Assembly: GCA_032718475.1 (NCBI GenBank)
Contig: JAUCBJ010003882.1
Coordinates: 1-64,000 of the forward strand
DNA: 64,000 nt
Source: Nemertoderma westbladi
Taxonomy: Eukaryota; Animalia; Xenacoelomorpha
Direction of reading: 5' to 3'
The translations under genes and the position numbers were made by a program. Under the pieces are notes generated by a model. That model saw only the letters and a list, made by a program, of their open reading frames with translations. It searched no databases and was not told the origin of the DNA. Every line of letters begins with the position of its first letter. The first letter of the stretch is position 1. This document shows positions 38,386-51,868 of this stretch, one piece after another.

Positions 38386-39405
38386 CTATTAATTAATAAT
38401 GTTCATATAGTTTCTAATAGGAATATTGATTATTATAAGTTAATATGCATAACAAACAAGGAAGAGATAACGATAGCAGAAATTATTTAAACAAAGTTGA
38501 GATTTTGCACAATTAAAACGACCTTTTAAAACAGTAAATGGTTCGATAAAACTAACCCTTTTACATTCGGTTAAAAAAGTGGATACAGTCTGCAGTAATA
38601 TAAGAAAACGCTTAATAATACTCATGATTACACGGACCCACCCACAGCCCATTTATTCTAGAGTGTTTTATAATTTTATAAGCGCCTTAAGAAGGTCTTT
38701 ATCGAAATTGCACCGTATCGCCGCCATTCTGCACATTAGTCGTGATATATTTACCATTAGAAAGCATATATGATGCAAGGATTCCAACTATGTAACGTTC
38801 AAAGTCTGTGTTTGTTGAGAAACAGCTGGTATATGGGCGTCAAAAGATTTTTTAATTAAAACATGCTAAACTAAAAGCATTCTAAGGATGTTACCAAATA
38901 AATGTTGTATGGTAATATTATTATATGACGGTGAGATATGGTCGATCCGCTGTCCGGCCGAAAACACAGTCACCGATAATGGATAATATATCATTTTGGT
39001 TTGGTTAAGGGATTATAAAAAAAATGTATATAATTATATTTCGTAAAGTATGTCTACGTGAAGGAGGTCTATAGAAATGCGACAGTCTCCATTATTACAT
39101 CCAAACAATTTTAGTTTTTCAACTTTTCGGTTTTCCGTCAATAGTGATTCGCGTTACAAATTTTTTCTTAACTTAATTTTTTCAGTAAACTTTTTGAATT
39201 AATGTTTAAAACTATAGCTTGAAATATATTAACAAATATAGATAATACCACATTGGCATATTAAAAGGTTTAGGGTAATACCAAAACTACATAACTTTCT
39301 TGCGTTGAGTATAAAATAAATGACTTTGGCATGATTAGTCTGCACTTTGGTCTGAATAAATTTGCAATGGATTAATCTTCTATATAAAGCTTACATGAAA
39401 CTAAC

Positions 39406-39604
39406 CAGGAAAAATCCAAGATGGTTTCCTTCGATACGCCCCCAACGGTTTAAATGCCGTATGACTCTGAGTGAATGCGTTTAGAGTTCTGTACTTGTCT
39501 GCCAGGGTGTCTAGAATGATCTGAATGTCCTCGCGACTTTGCCAATCCGAAACGACATTGGGGTGGATTCGATCAGGTTTAACAAATTCGATGAACTTTT
39601 CCAG
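39406..39604 (-). CDS. DCLRE1C: Artemis exon (LEKFIEFVKPDRIHPNVV...FKPLGAYRRKPSWIFP)
   Basis: Translated by hand; matches human IKDFLSYLCP..YPNV and YKPLG; phase 0 in and phase 1 out. Confidence 0.85.
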
Positions 39605-40659
39605 CTATTAAATAGGGTAAAACGTATCATAGTCATCGGGCTGACAAATACCTCACAAATAATTTATTAACAATAACAAAGCAAAACAACACTCGTTATT
39701 TACTGAAATTCTAAGCACCAAATACAATAATTGTATAGATGCTACAGACTGAATAAATTGTTTGTAGTAGAACCGGTATATGACATAATTGATTGCGTAA
39801 TAGGGGAAAATAATGCTATGAAGTTCATGGCCCATCTAACTTTCTCACTCCGTAGGCGTAGATCATGAGAAAATAAACGAAATTTACTAATTTTTATTTA
39901 TTTATATTATTTATTTTATTGTCTGTGATATACTTCCTTGATTTATAGGCAGGATGTATACTTAAGATTGAAAAGGATACGTCTTGTGGCGTGGACGAAA
40001 GATATCTTGCGACTTATTTAAAAAAACATGGACTTAAACTCCACTGAAACATTTTAGTCAACTTTTCAATTGGAAATTAAAACTCTCTGTAACCTTTTAT
40101 TGTTTATATTATTATTATTGTTTTAAAAGACACTGATTCACTCAAACTTGCTTATCTTGGTATATGTTAAATTTTGATTACCTTGTATTTAGATAAATGT
40201 TGAAATGTAAAAAGCCGAAAATTCTAGCCGGAACCAGAATCGGTTAAAAACTCCCGGAATTCCGGTACATCTGTAGGCCTATCGGTCTAGTGTAGTCAGC
40301 CCAGCAACGACCTTTTTTATGACGTGCCCAACTCCCCAACCTCACCCATTCCATATCACAAAATAACTTACTGCTGACGTACATCATCGTACATCACAAA
40401 CAGGTGGTTAGAATACAGTATTTTTCTAATTAATTTGGAGAACTTAATATTGAAAATGTGGTATATTATACAGTTAGACGTTAACGCAGGTAATATTGTG
40501 GGTGGAATTTATTTATTGCTTGTTGTTTGACACTCAGCCCGAAAGCCAACCCATTTACCTAGAACGTGATGTGGATTACACAAATTATAATTTAAATGGG
40601 ACCATTAAATTGTTTTCGGAAGGTTTAGCATATTGGTTGGTCCCATCCGAAAATAAACC

Positions 40660-40878
40660 GTGGCGATAGTCAGTGGCGAGCCCCTGACTATCTCAACCAG
40701 TGCGTCTGTCGATCTGTAGATCCGGGTTTTTAAACGTTAATAACTCGGCCAATCCTCGATGGCCGAGTTCAAACTTGGTACATTGACAATGTGGTATATT
40801 ACACCACATGTCAATAATATATAGCCATACTATGTACTATGTAACGAGCCTCGTGCTGCGCGAAGGTCCCACGAACAT
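40660..40878 (+). mobile_element. Short degenerate member of the TGT-bounded family (copy F)
   Basis: Core TTTAAACGTTAATAACTCGGCCAAT...AAACTTGGTACA and right end CCTCGTGCTGCGCGAAGGTCCCACGAAC shared with copy A; left end unclear. Confidence 0.6.
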
Positions 40879-40901
40879 TTTGGCTATGTAACAAACATTA
40901 C

Positions 40902-41075
40902 CTCACTAAGGGAGGGGTGCATAGAATAAAGCAATCGGAACGTGTTGGCTTTAGAATCTTTTACAACCAAGTTCTTCATAGATGTTGATGTTGAGAACCA
41001 CAAGGTGGTCGGCTTGATTGTTAAAATATTCTTGCTGTCGTACGAGGGTTGACAAGGTAATCCAATCCGTTTTTG
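40902..41075 (-). CDS. DCLRE1C: Artemis exon (GLPC...TIKPTTLWF...YSMHPSLSE)
   Basis: Matches human LPC...SIKPSTMWF...FSFHSSYSE (beta-CASP motif B His); AG/GT boundaries, 174 nt. Confidence 0.92.
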
Positions 41076-41204
41076 CTAAAAATAAAAACCAGTCTTTATA
41101 ATCTATTAATACACGGCTCGCCCCCATACTAACCTTAGGTTCCCACGTGTACGTATCTGTGTAGCAACGTCCCTCACTACTACACGGCTCGCCCCCTCAC
41201 TAAC

Positions 41205-41315
41205 CTTAGGTTCCCATTTACAGGCGTGTATTTGTGTTTTCTGGTCGCAGGTTACAAACGACATAATCTCTGCGCATTGGCTGTAAAGCTGCCACGTATA
41301 GGGGCTTACGTGAAC
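41205..41315 (-). CDS. DCLRE1C: Artemis exon (VHVSPY...TQIHACKWEPK)
   Basis: Matches human VHV...TQIHACRHPK; 111 nt, phase 0 at both ends. Confidence 0.92.
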
Positions 41316-41490
41316 CTAAAAACAAATGTCAGTGGAATAGGAGTGAAATTCGATGAAATGACATTGATATGCTCAATATAATAATAATGCAAGAGTCACT
41401 ACCTGATCATGAAAACATCAAAATCATCAACACAACTAGACCAACTAATAATTAGTGGAGCAAACTATAACCGAACAGTTACTAGCAAGG

Positions 41491-41752
41491 TTGGGTGCAA
41501 ACTTCGCCCGCGTACAACCTTTGCCCGCAAGGCAATCTTCGCCCGCGAACAACCTTCGCCCAATAAGATTTGTGTTAGTAACCATTTTGATTTTAGTAAC
41601 AAATTGAGGGAAAGGAGCAGGTTGCAGAGTCGGCTTTTTCTAACCGAAACAATAAACAATGGTGTTACTAATTGAGGGAAAGGAGCAGGTTACAGAGACG
41701 GCTTTTGGACGCGGGAGAAGCTTTCTCGCTGGCGAAGTTTGCTGCGTACCAA
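41491..41752. mobile_element. Small MITE-like element
   Basis: Inverted GCAAACTTCGCC.GCG / CGC.GGCGAAGTTTGC and subterminal CTTCGCCCGC repeats. Confidence 0.45.
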
Positions 41753-44082
41753 CAGCAACTGGAATGGAATTTGCAGCACACTAGTAATTACTAAACTTAT
41801 AACCCCCGGATTTACAAGGCGTGGGGCGTGCTACGGACCTTGATTCACCCAAATCCATGACAAACTCGACTAGTGGGTCTTTTATACTTTTACATTTTAG
41901 TGTAAATAACAGGTTGAAAACACAAAAAGTGGGTTATTCTGAAAATTTTGACTTTCACAAAATACGACTTTGTATCATTCGAAAGCTTTTAAAACGCTGA
42001 ATACAATGGTGGATAGTTTCCCAGCAGGAATATTATTATGTAAATGGGTAAATATATGTAAAAAAAACAATCACCGGTCCCAAGTGTAACATTAATGTGT
42101 AACAGCAGATTAACCAATAACATGGCCTGGTACAAATGTGTAACACGTTGTCCATTGGGTAACGCAATGTGTGAGCCAATCAGAATTGGTTCAAATGTTA
42201 GACGTCTAATTTCCACAAATTCCACAGTGTAACATTGCACAGTGTTACACCATTTTGGTACACTGCGGAAAATATTTCGAAAGTAACTCGTAATCTAAAA
42301 TTAATTATATCTTAGTCATTAGAGTATAATGCTCCTTGAATGCTTTAAGTGATCTTTGCAAAAATGGTGTACTGTATCTGTACACTGGTGAAATCTCGCT
42401 CGACGAGAGCGACCAGCTGTCTGTCCGATTGAGGATGAAAAGTTGCAAAACTAAAAATAACTGCTCGAGTTTTATTATTGCGCACACTAGTAGCTTTGAT
42501 TTGATACCAAAAACTTGGAAATTGGTTGAAAAATGGCGGAGGAGTAGTGTTTCAAAAATGAAATACCATTCCGTGATAATTGCCTTTAAAGTTTGAACCT
42601 TTCCGCGCAAAATGTCTGTAAATAATGTGAGAATGTCTGTTAATATATATAAAGCAACTCACAAAACCACAAAACCATTTTAAGATTATTGCTATGGGGA
42701 TTTTCCTGGTCATTGATTTTATTTCTGAGGTCAGATTTCACTTTTAATGAAATCTAGTTCGTCTGTCTGTCGGTCTTTCTGACTATCCGACAATCTGTCC
42801 GTTAAATATAAGAAAAGAGCACCTAGCATCTAGTTAAAAGTTTAGTTATAGGAGTTTACCTGATCGCAGAATTAATTTCTAGTGTAAGATTTAACATTTT
42901 GATGACTTCCAAAATGTCTGTTTGGCTGTCGGTTATATTTTGACGGACAGACTGACAGGCATACAGACAGAAAAGACTTGGCCAAATTTGAATACTGATA
43001 TCAGAAATAAAGTCACGGACCAAGAAAACCCATATAAGAAATGTTTTAGAAATATAGTATATATGTTTTCTAGATTGTTTTGGAGACATACTGACGGACT
43101 GACTGACAGTAAAACTGACGGACAGCCATATGTCGAGAAGTAAGACAGATCTTGCTAAACGGTTTACATACTTGGAATCTTGATAAAAATATGCTCCAGC
43201 TAGATGAAATAAATTTTTTTTTTAAAGCCATTGCCAGTACCCATTGTAAGTATACTTACAGATACTATGCCTTGTAGTAGTATACTTACATATACTATGC
43301 CTTGTAGTAGTATACTTACATATACTATGCTTTGTAGTAGTATACTTACAGATACTATGCCTCGTAGTAGTATACTTACAGATACTATGCCTTGTAGTAG
43401 TATACTTACAGATACTATGCCTTGTAGTAGTATACTTACATATACTATGCCTTGTAGTAGTATACTTACATATACTATGCCTTGTAGTAGTATACTTACA
43501 GATACTATGCCTTGTAGTAGTATACTTACAGATACTATGCCTTGTAGTAGTATACTTAAAGATACTATGCCTTGTAGTAGTATACTTACAGATACTATGC
43601 CTTGTAGTAGTATACTTACATATACTATGCCTTGTAGTAGTATACTTACAGATACTATGCCTTGTAGTAGTATACTTACAGATACTATGCCTTGTAGTAG
43701 TATACTTACAGATACTATGCCTTGTAGTAGTATACTTACATATACTATGCCTTGTAGTAGTATACTTACATATACTATGCCTTGTAGTAGTATACTTACA
43801 GATACTATGCCTTGTAGTAGTATACTTACAGATACTATGCCTTGTAGTAGTATACTTACATATACTATGCCTTGTAGTAGTATACTTACAGATACTATGC
43901 CTTGTAGTAGTATACTTACAGATACTATGCCTTGTAGTAGTATACTTACATATACTATGCCTTGTAGTAGTATACTTACAGATACTATGCCTTGTAGTAG
44001 TATACTTACATATACTATGCCTTGTAGTAGTATACTTACATATACTATGCCTTGTAGTAGTATACTTACATATACTATGCCT

Positions 44083-44589
44083 TGTGGGGCGAGCCACGAA
44101 GTTGGCGGAGCCTTAGCGAATTGACACTGTTAGGGGGTGGGTCAATTTATGCAAATAGTTGTCGTCGTCGTCGTCGTCGTCGTTGTCGTCGTCGTCGTTG
44201 TCGTCGTCGTTACGATTTTGACATGCTAATAACTTTGTCGGATTTAAAGCTGCCAAGTTGAAAATTTGTAGGTATCAATATGAGCAAAAGTTGAGATTTT
44301 TGAGAGACTTTCAGACACCATCAGTGCAATGGTCTCCCGCTAGAGGGCCACATGTCTAAACATTAAATGCCCTCCCATTTCTTTGCTTTTAATCCATTTA
44401 AGCTGAAACTTGGCAGATATGTATTAGACCATTAGCTGTGACTTTCAAAGGAGGCGAATCCATCTGCAGTTCTCCAGTCTGCCGCTAGAGGGCCAACGTG
44501 ACTATTTGCATAAATTGACCTACCCCCTAACAGTGTCAATTCGCTAAGGCTCTGCCAACTTCGTGCTGCGCGAAGTCCCCACTTCGTGT
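44083..44589 (+). mobile_element. 507-bp member of the TGT-bounded family (copy C) with ~65-bp subterminal inverted repeats and a (GTC)n tract, inserted in the satellite
   Basis: Same termini as copy A; 44095-44159 is the inverted repeat of 44501-44565. Confidence 0.9.
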
Positions 44590-44748
44590 AGTAGTATACT
44601 TACAGATACTATGCCTTGTAGTAGTATACTTACATATACTATGCCTTGTAGTAGTATACTTACAGATACTATGCCTTGTAGTAGTATACTTACAGATACT
44701 ATGCCTTGTAGTAGTATACTTACATATACTATGCCTTGTAGTAGTATA

Positions 44749-44838
44749 CATTATATATATTATTATTCTTTATTCCAGGCCGAGGCCCATAAAAACAGAT
44801 TACATATATTATTTATTAAGCACAATTGTTTGGAGATA
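44749..44838 (-). mobile_element. ~90-bp 5'-truncated LINE/SINE 3' tail inserted in the satellite (second copy at 46891-46980)
   Basis: Minus strand ends ...TATGGGCCTCGGCCTGGAATAAAGAATAATAAT, resembling CR1-type 3' ends. Confidence 0.55.
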
Positions 44839-47800
44839 TAGTATACTTACATATACTATGCCTTGTAGTAGTATAGCTACAGATACTATGCCTTGTAGTA
44901 GTATACTTACAGATACTATGCCTTGTAGTAGTATACTTACATATACTATGCCTTGTAGTAGTATACTTACATATACTATGCCTTGTAGTAGTATACTTAC
45001 ATATACTATGCCTTGTAGTAGTATACTTACAGATACTATGCCTTGTAGTAGTATACTTACATATACTATGCCTTGTAGTAGTATACTTACATATACTATG
45101 CCTTGTAGTAGTATACTTACAGATACTATGCCTTGTAGTAGTATACTTACAGATACTATGCCTTGTAAGTAGTATACTTACCGATACTATGCCTTGTAGT
45201 AGTATACTTAAAGATACTATGCCTTGTAGTAGTATACTTACATATACTATGCCTTGTAGTAGTATACTTACAGATACTATGCCTTGTAGTAGTATACTTA
45301 CATATACTATGCCTTGTAGTAGTATACTTACATATACTATGCCTTGTAGTAGTATACTTACAGATACTATGCCTTGTAGTAGTATACTTACAGATACTAT
45401 GCCTTGTAGTAGTATACTTACAGATACTATGCCTTGTAGTAGTATACTTACATATACTATGCCTTGTAGTAGTATACTTACATATACTATGCCTTGTAGT
45501 AGTATACTTACAGATACTATGCCTTGTAGTAGTATACTTACATATACTATGCCTTGTAGTAGTATACTTACAGATACTATGCCTTGTAGTAGTATACTTA
45601 CATATACTATGCCTTGTAGTAGTATACTTACAGATACTATGCCTTGTAGTAGTATACTTACATATACTATGCCTTGTAGTAGTATACTTACATATACTAT
45701 GCCTTGTAGTAGTATACTTACAGATACTATGCCTTGTAGTAGTATACTTACAGATACTATGCCTTGTAGTAGTATACTTACAGATACTATGCCTTGTAGT
45801 AGTATACTTACATATACTATGCCTTGTAGTAGTATACTTACATATACTATGCCTTGTAGTAGTATACTTACAGATACTATGCCTTGTAGTAGTATACTTA
45901 CAGATACTATGCCTTGTAGTAGTATACTTAAAGAAAGATACTATGCCTTGTAGTAGTATACTTACAGATACTATGCCTTGTAGTAGTATACTTACATATA
46001 CTATGCCTTGTAGTAGTATACTTACAGATACTATGCCTTGTAGTAGTATACTTACAGATACTATGCCTTGTAGTAGTATACTTACAGATACTATGCCTTG
46101 TAGTAGTATACTTACATATACTATGCCTTGTAGTAGTATACTTACATATACTATGCCTTGTAGTAGTATACTTACAGATACTATGCCTTGTAGTAGTATA
46201 CTTACAGATACTATGCCTTGTAGTAGTATACTTAAAGATACTATGCCTTGTAGTAGTATACTTACAGATACTATGCCTTGTAGTAGTATACTTACATATA
46301 CTATGCCTTGTAGTAGTATACTTACATATACTATGCCTTGTAGTAGTATACTTACAGATACTATGCCTTGTAGTAGTATACTTACAGATACTATGCCTTG
46401 TAGTAGTATACTTACATATACTATGCCTTGTAGTAGTATACTTACAGATACTATGCCTTGTAGTAGTATACTTACAGATACTATGCCTTGTAGTAGTATA
46501 CTTACATATACTATGCCTTGTAGTAGTATACTTACAGATACTATGCCTTGTAGTAGTATACTTACAGATACTATGCCTTGTAGTAGTATACTTACATATA
46601 CTATGCCTTGTAGTAGTATACTTACAGATACTATGCCTTGTAGTAGTATACTTACATATACTATGCCTTGTAGTAGTATACTTACATATACTATGCCTTG
46701 TAGTAGTATACTTACATATACTATGCCTTGTAGTAGTATACTTACAGATACTATGCCTTGTAGTAGTATACTTACATATACTATGCCTTGTAGTAGTATA
46801 CTTACAGATACTATGCCTTGTAGTAGTATACTTACAGATACTATGCCTTGTAGTAGTATACTTACATATACTATGCCTTGTAGTAGTATACATTATATAT
46901 ATTATTATTCTTTATTCCAGGCCGAGGCCCATAAAAACAGATTACATATATTATTTATTAAGCACAATTGTTTGGAGATATAGTATACTTACATATACTA
47001 TGCCTTGTAGTAGTATAGCTACAGATACTATGCCTTGTAGTAGTATACTTACAGATACTATGCCTTGTAGTAGTATACTTACATATACTATGCCTTGTAG
47101 TAGTATACTTACATATACTATGCCTTGTAGTAGTATACTTACATATACTATGCCTTGTAGTAGTATACTTACAGATACTATGCCTTGTAGTAGTATACTT
47201 ACATATACTATGCCTTGTAGTAGTATACTTACATATACTATGCCTTGTAGTAGTATACTTACAGATACTATGCCTTGTAGTAGTATACTTACAGATACTA
47301 TGCCTTGTAAGTAGTATACTTACCGATACTATGCCTTGTAGTAGTATACTTAAAGATACTATGCCTTGTAGTAGTATACTTACAGATACTATGCCTTGTA
47401 GTAGTATACTTACATATACTATGCCTTGTAGTAGTATACTTAAAGATACTATGCCTTGTAGTAGTATACTTACATATACTATGCCTTGTAGTAGTATACT
47501 TACAGATAATATGCCTTGTAGTAGTATACTTACATATACTATGCCTTGTAGTAGTATACTTACATATACTATGCCTTGTAGTAGTATACTTACATATACT
47601 ATGCCTTGTAGTAGTATACTTACAGATACTATGCCTTGTAGTAGTATACTTACAGATACTATGCCTTGTAGTAGTATACTTACATATACTATGCCTTGTA
47701 GTAGTATACTTACATATACTATGCCTTGTAGTAGTATACTTACATATACTATGCCTTGTAGTAGTATACTTACAGATACTATGCCTTGTAGTAGTATACT

Positions 47801-49727
47801 TACAGATACTATGCCTTGTAGTAGTATACTTACATATACTATGCCTTGTAGTAGTATACTTACAGATACTATGCCTTGTAGTAGTATACTTACATATACT
47901 ATGCCTTGTAGTAGTATACTTACATATACTATGCCTTGTAGTAGTATACTTACATATACTATGCCTTGTAGTAGTATACTTACATATACTATGCCTTGTA
48001 GTAGTATACTTACAGATACTATGCCTTGTAGTAGTATACTTACAGATACTATGCCTTGTAGTAGTATACTTACAGATACTATGCCTTGTAGTAGTATACT
48101 TACAGATACTATGCCTTGTAGTAGTATACTTACAGATACTATGCCTTGTAGTAGTATACTTACAGATACTATGCCTTGTAGTAATATACTTACATATACT
48201 ATGCCTTGTAGTAGTATACTTACATATACTATGCCTTGTAGTAGTATACTTACATATACTATGCCTTGTAGTAGTATACTTACAGATACTATGCCTTGTA
48301 GTAGTATACTTACAGATACTATGCCTTGTAGTAGTATACTTACATATACTATGCCTTGTAGTAGTATACTTACATATACTATGCCTTGTAGTAGTATACT
48401 TACATATACTATGATGCCTTGTAGTAGTATACTTACAGATACTATGCCTTGTAGTAGTATACTTACAGATACTATGCCTTGTAGTAGTATACTTACAGAT
48501 ACTATGCCTTGTAGTAGTATACTTACAGATACTATGCCTTGTAGTAGTATACTTACAGATACTATGCCTTGTAGTAATATACTTACATATACTATGCCTT
48601 GTAGTAGTATACTTACATATACTATGCCTTGTAGTAGTATACTTACAGATACTATGCCTTGTAGTAGTATACTTACAGATACTATGCCTTGTAGTAGTAT
48701 ACTTACATATACTATGATGCCTTGTAGTAGTATACTTACAGATACTATGCCTTGTAGTAGTATACTTACAGATACTATGCCTTGTAGTAGTATACTTACA
48801 GATACTATGCCTTGTAGTAGTATACTTACAGATACTATGCCTTGTAGTAGTATACTTACAGATACTATGCCTTGTAGTAGTATACTTACAGATACTATGC
48901 CTTGTAGTAGTATACTTACAGATACTATGCCTTGTAGTAGTATACTTACAGATACTATGCCTTGTAGTAGTATACTTACAGATACTATGCCTTGTAGTAA
49001 TATACTTACATATACTATGCCTTGTAGTAGTATACTTACATATACTATGCCTTGTAGTAGTATACTTACATATACTATGCCTTGTAGTAGTATACTTACA
49101 GATACTATGCCTTGTAGTAGTATACTTACAGATACTATGCCTTGTAGTAGTATACTTACATATACTATGCCTTGTAGTAGTATACTTACATATACTATGC
49201 CTTGTAGTAGTATACTTACATATACTATGATGCCTTGTAGTAGTATACTTACAGATACTATGCCTTGTAGTAGTATACTTACAGATACTATGCCTTGTAG
49301 TAGTATACTTACAGATACTATGCCTTGTAGTAGTATACTTACAGATACTATGCCTTGTAGTAGTATACTTACAGATACTATGCCTTGTAGTAATATACTT
49401 ACATATACTATGCCTTGTAGTAGTATACTTACATATACTATGCCTTGTAGTAGTATACTTACAGATACTATGCCTTGTAGTAGTATACTTACAGATACTA
49501 TGCCTTGTAGTAGTATACTTACATATACTATGATGCCTTGTAGTAGTATACTTACAGATACTATGCCTTGTAGTAGTATACTTACAGATACTATGCCTTG
49601 TAGTAGTATACTTACAGATACTATGCCTTGTAGTAGTATACTTACAGATACTATGCCTTGTAGTAGTATACTTACTGATACTATGCCTTGTAGTAGTATA
49701 CTACTTACTCGGAAGGGTGATACATAC

Positions 49728-49868
49728 CTTTCTGTTATACTCAGAACTGATACCGTTGTATATAAATTCCTGTCCAAGATTGAACCCAGTGGGTAAGTGG
49801 ACCACGTGGTCTGGACTTCGGTCAAACCAATCACCGATAAGGTCAATTATGGCGCGCCTAGATTCCTC
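49728..49868 (-). CDS. DCLRE1C: Artemis exon (EESRRAIIDLIGDWFDRSPDHVVHL...GQEFIY...NRK)
   Basis: Matches human [25 protein letters not shown]...GYEYLF; 141 nt, phase 0 at both ends. Confidence 0.92.
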
Positions 49869-50310
49869 CTACAAAAAAAAATAAATCATGAGTTAGTTCT
49901 CGTGGCACCAAGTCGACAGGTTTATAATATTCATTATTATTCTTATATTCAGCAGGCATTAAAATTAAAAGCAGAAAAATTACTAGGGATGTCCCGGAAT
50001 CGATATTTTGATTCCGGCCGGAACCGGAATTCAACATGCCGGAATAATCCGGCCGGAATTACGACCGGTACCGGAATTTCTATAATTAATGGAATACACT
50101 AATAAATGACCCATGAAACTATATAATTTTTTGTGAAACAAATTAATTTTTTTAATTTCTAAAGCTAATTTTGCTAAAGAGTTGAATCAGAACCTTGCGT
50201 GGAATTAAGGTGAGTGGAGTGGAGGTGGGTGTTACATACCCATCAAGACTGTATTCACTGTAATTAACAGGGTGGCTGTGAATTTTCCCTCGTTAGATAG
50301 GTTAGTTAGG

Positions 50311-50692
50311 TTCCACCTTGGGGTAGTGGTTGCATTGATTTCCAATCTATCTGGAGGTCGTGGGTTCGATTCCTGCATGTGGGTCAAGGCAGTGTTCGAC
50401 TCGGCACGAATGGTTTAAAGGGGCTAACCAGGGGGCATCTATGCCTTACATCCTTAAATGTTGGCTCTTAGGCCGCGTTCACACTACCGAGTCAAAGTCA
50501 AAGTCAAAAGACAAAATGTAAAAAAAATAACATGAAATTTATTTTTTTCTAGAACGCCATTATGTATTATATTAGGCCTATATAATGTATTATTATTTAT
50601 TATTGCTAGCTAACTATATTTATTTTCTTTTGACTTTGACTTTGACTCGGTAGTGTGAACGCGGCCTAACGGTCGAAGAAAACTTCATTTCT
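50311..50692 (+). mobile_element. tRNA-derived SINE, interrupted by a MITE; 3' boundary approximate
   Basis: GGGGTAGTGGTT A box and GGTTCGATTCC B box; head homologous to 2763-3063. Confidence 0.65.
50471..50666. mobile_element. 196-bp MITE (PIF/Harbinger-like termini)
   Basis: ~41-bp perfect TIR GGCCGCGTTCACACTACCGAGTCAAAGTCAAAGTCAAAAGA, flanked by TA on both sides. Confidence 0.9.
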
Positions 50693-51868
50693 ATACTTTT
50701 TTTACAAGTGTTGAAAAGTATCTTAAACTAATTGTTAATAATGTTTAAAAATATATAAATCTTGATATTAATTTAACAAACTAATTGCAATTATTAAATT
50801 AGTTAGGAACCTGGTAATTCCGGTAAAATTCGGAATCGGGCAAAAACCGCCGGAATTCCGGGACATCGCTAAAAATGACAATGTATGAGTAGATTAGATT
50901 AATTGTTCACAAAATTTATTAGCGATTATAATGTGACAATCAGGAGTTCTGTACGATCTCTAGTAAATCAAATTATAGATAATTGTTGCGTTTCAGGTCT
51001 ATCGCGATAACTGCGATAGGGGTGAAAAAGTGTAGACTGGTTGGAGACGGAAGACGTTGAAATGTTGTTGTGAAACTTGGTATATTCGTCTCTGTGGGAA
51101 TTCTAACCGTGACTAACACTATAAGTCATACCAATCTTATCATTCCAGCCTAGTGTATGTATACTATAGATTAAGTTTACAAAAACAACATTTTTTATTT
51201 ATCTACCACTTCGATTCAAAATTGATGATATTTTTAAACACACAATTTTATTAAATTTAGATTAAGCGGTGGTGGTTCGAATCCTTGTAAAAGAGCTCAT
51301 CAATAGGACATAGCCATTTGGTAATATTAAAGCCGTGAAAGCCATGCTCCACTAGTAAGTCGTATGTCGAAATAAATTATGGAACACATTGGTTTCAATA
51401 GAAGCGTCTCCATTGGTATGCCATTCGTTTGTTACGACCCATGTGTCGAAAGTGATTATGTCCCATGTTCCATCTTTTGACATACAACACATGAGTTCTT
51501 TCTGGCAAGAGGCCTGTGATTGGTTACTTTGGGTAGCACCAAGCCAGAAAATATTGTACAGAGAAAAAATATGAGACGTATCTTATATTTTTTAAGAAAG
51601 TACTTATGACTTACCAGTGGAGCACGGGAGCACAATGTTTGACATACGGACTCAGACACAATCTGAAAACAACTTAAGACATACGACACATGTGTTGCCA
51701 GTGGAGCCCGGGCCTAAAACCTCACATAAGGGAAGGGTGTAAGACAATCATCAACATTAATCATACATATATCATGATCTATATATATATATCTATATAT
51801 ATTGGTAAGTAATTTGTTCTACACTGGAATAACTTGAACTAAATATGTCAAATGATTATTAAAATTAC

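Larger units (their letters stand above)
43245..49702. repeat. ~6.4-kb 30-bp satellite (GTAGTAGTATACTTACA[G/T]ATACTATGCCTT)n with insertions and higher-order structure
   Basis: Directly visible; explains all MPCSSILT[D/Y]T, RHSICKYTTT and SILLQGIV ORFs. Confidence 0.99.
49984..50871. mobile_element. Non-autonomous hAT-like element containing a SINE and a MITE
   Basis: TIR TAGGGATGTCCCGGAAT / ATTCCGGGACATCGCTA; 8-bp TSD AAAATTAC/AAAATGAC (7/8). Confidence 0.85.

Noticed and set aside
49703-49727. Alternative GTAAGT donor extending the Artemis exon by VCITLP
   Set aside because: It would give phase 1, incompatible with the phase-0 VHV exon; AAG|GTATGT fits
1097-49846. Long repetitive ORFs (RLYVSLVCAT, FVCL, MPCSSILTDT, SILLQGIV) as proteins
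   Set aside because: They are stop-free frames of tandem repeats, open on both strands, with 1-2 bp indels tolerated
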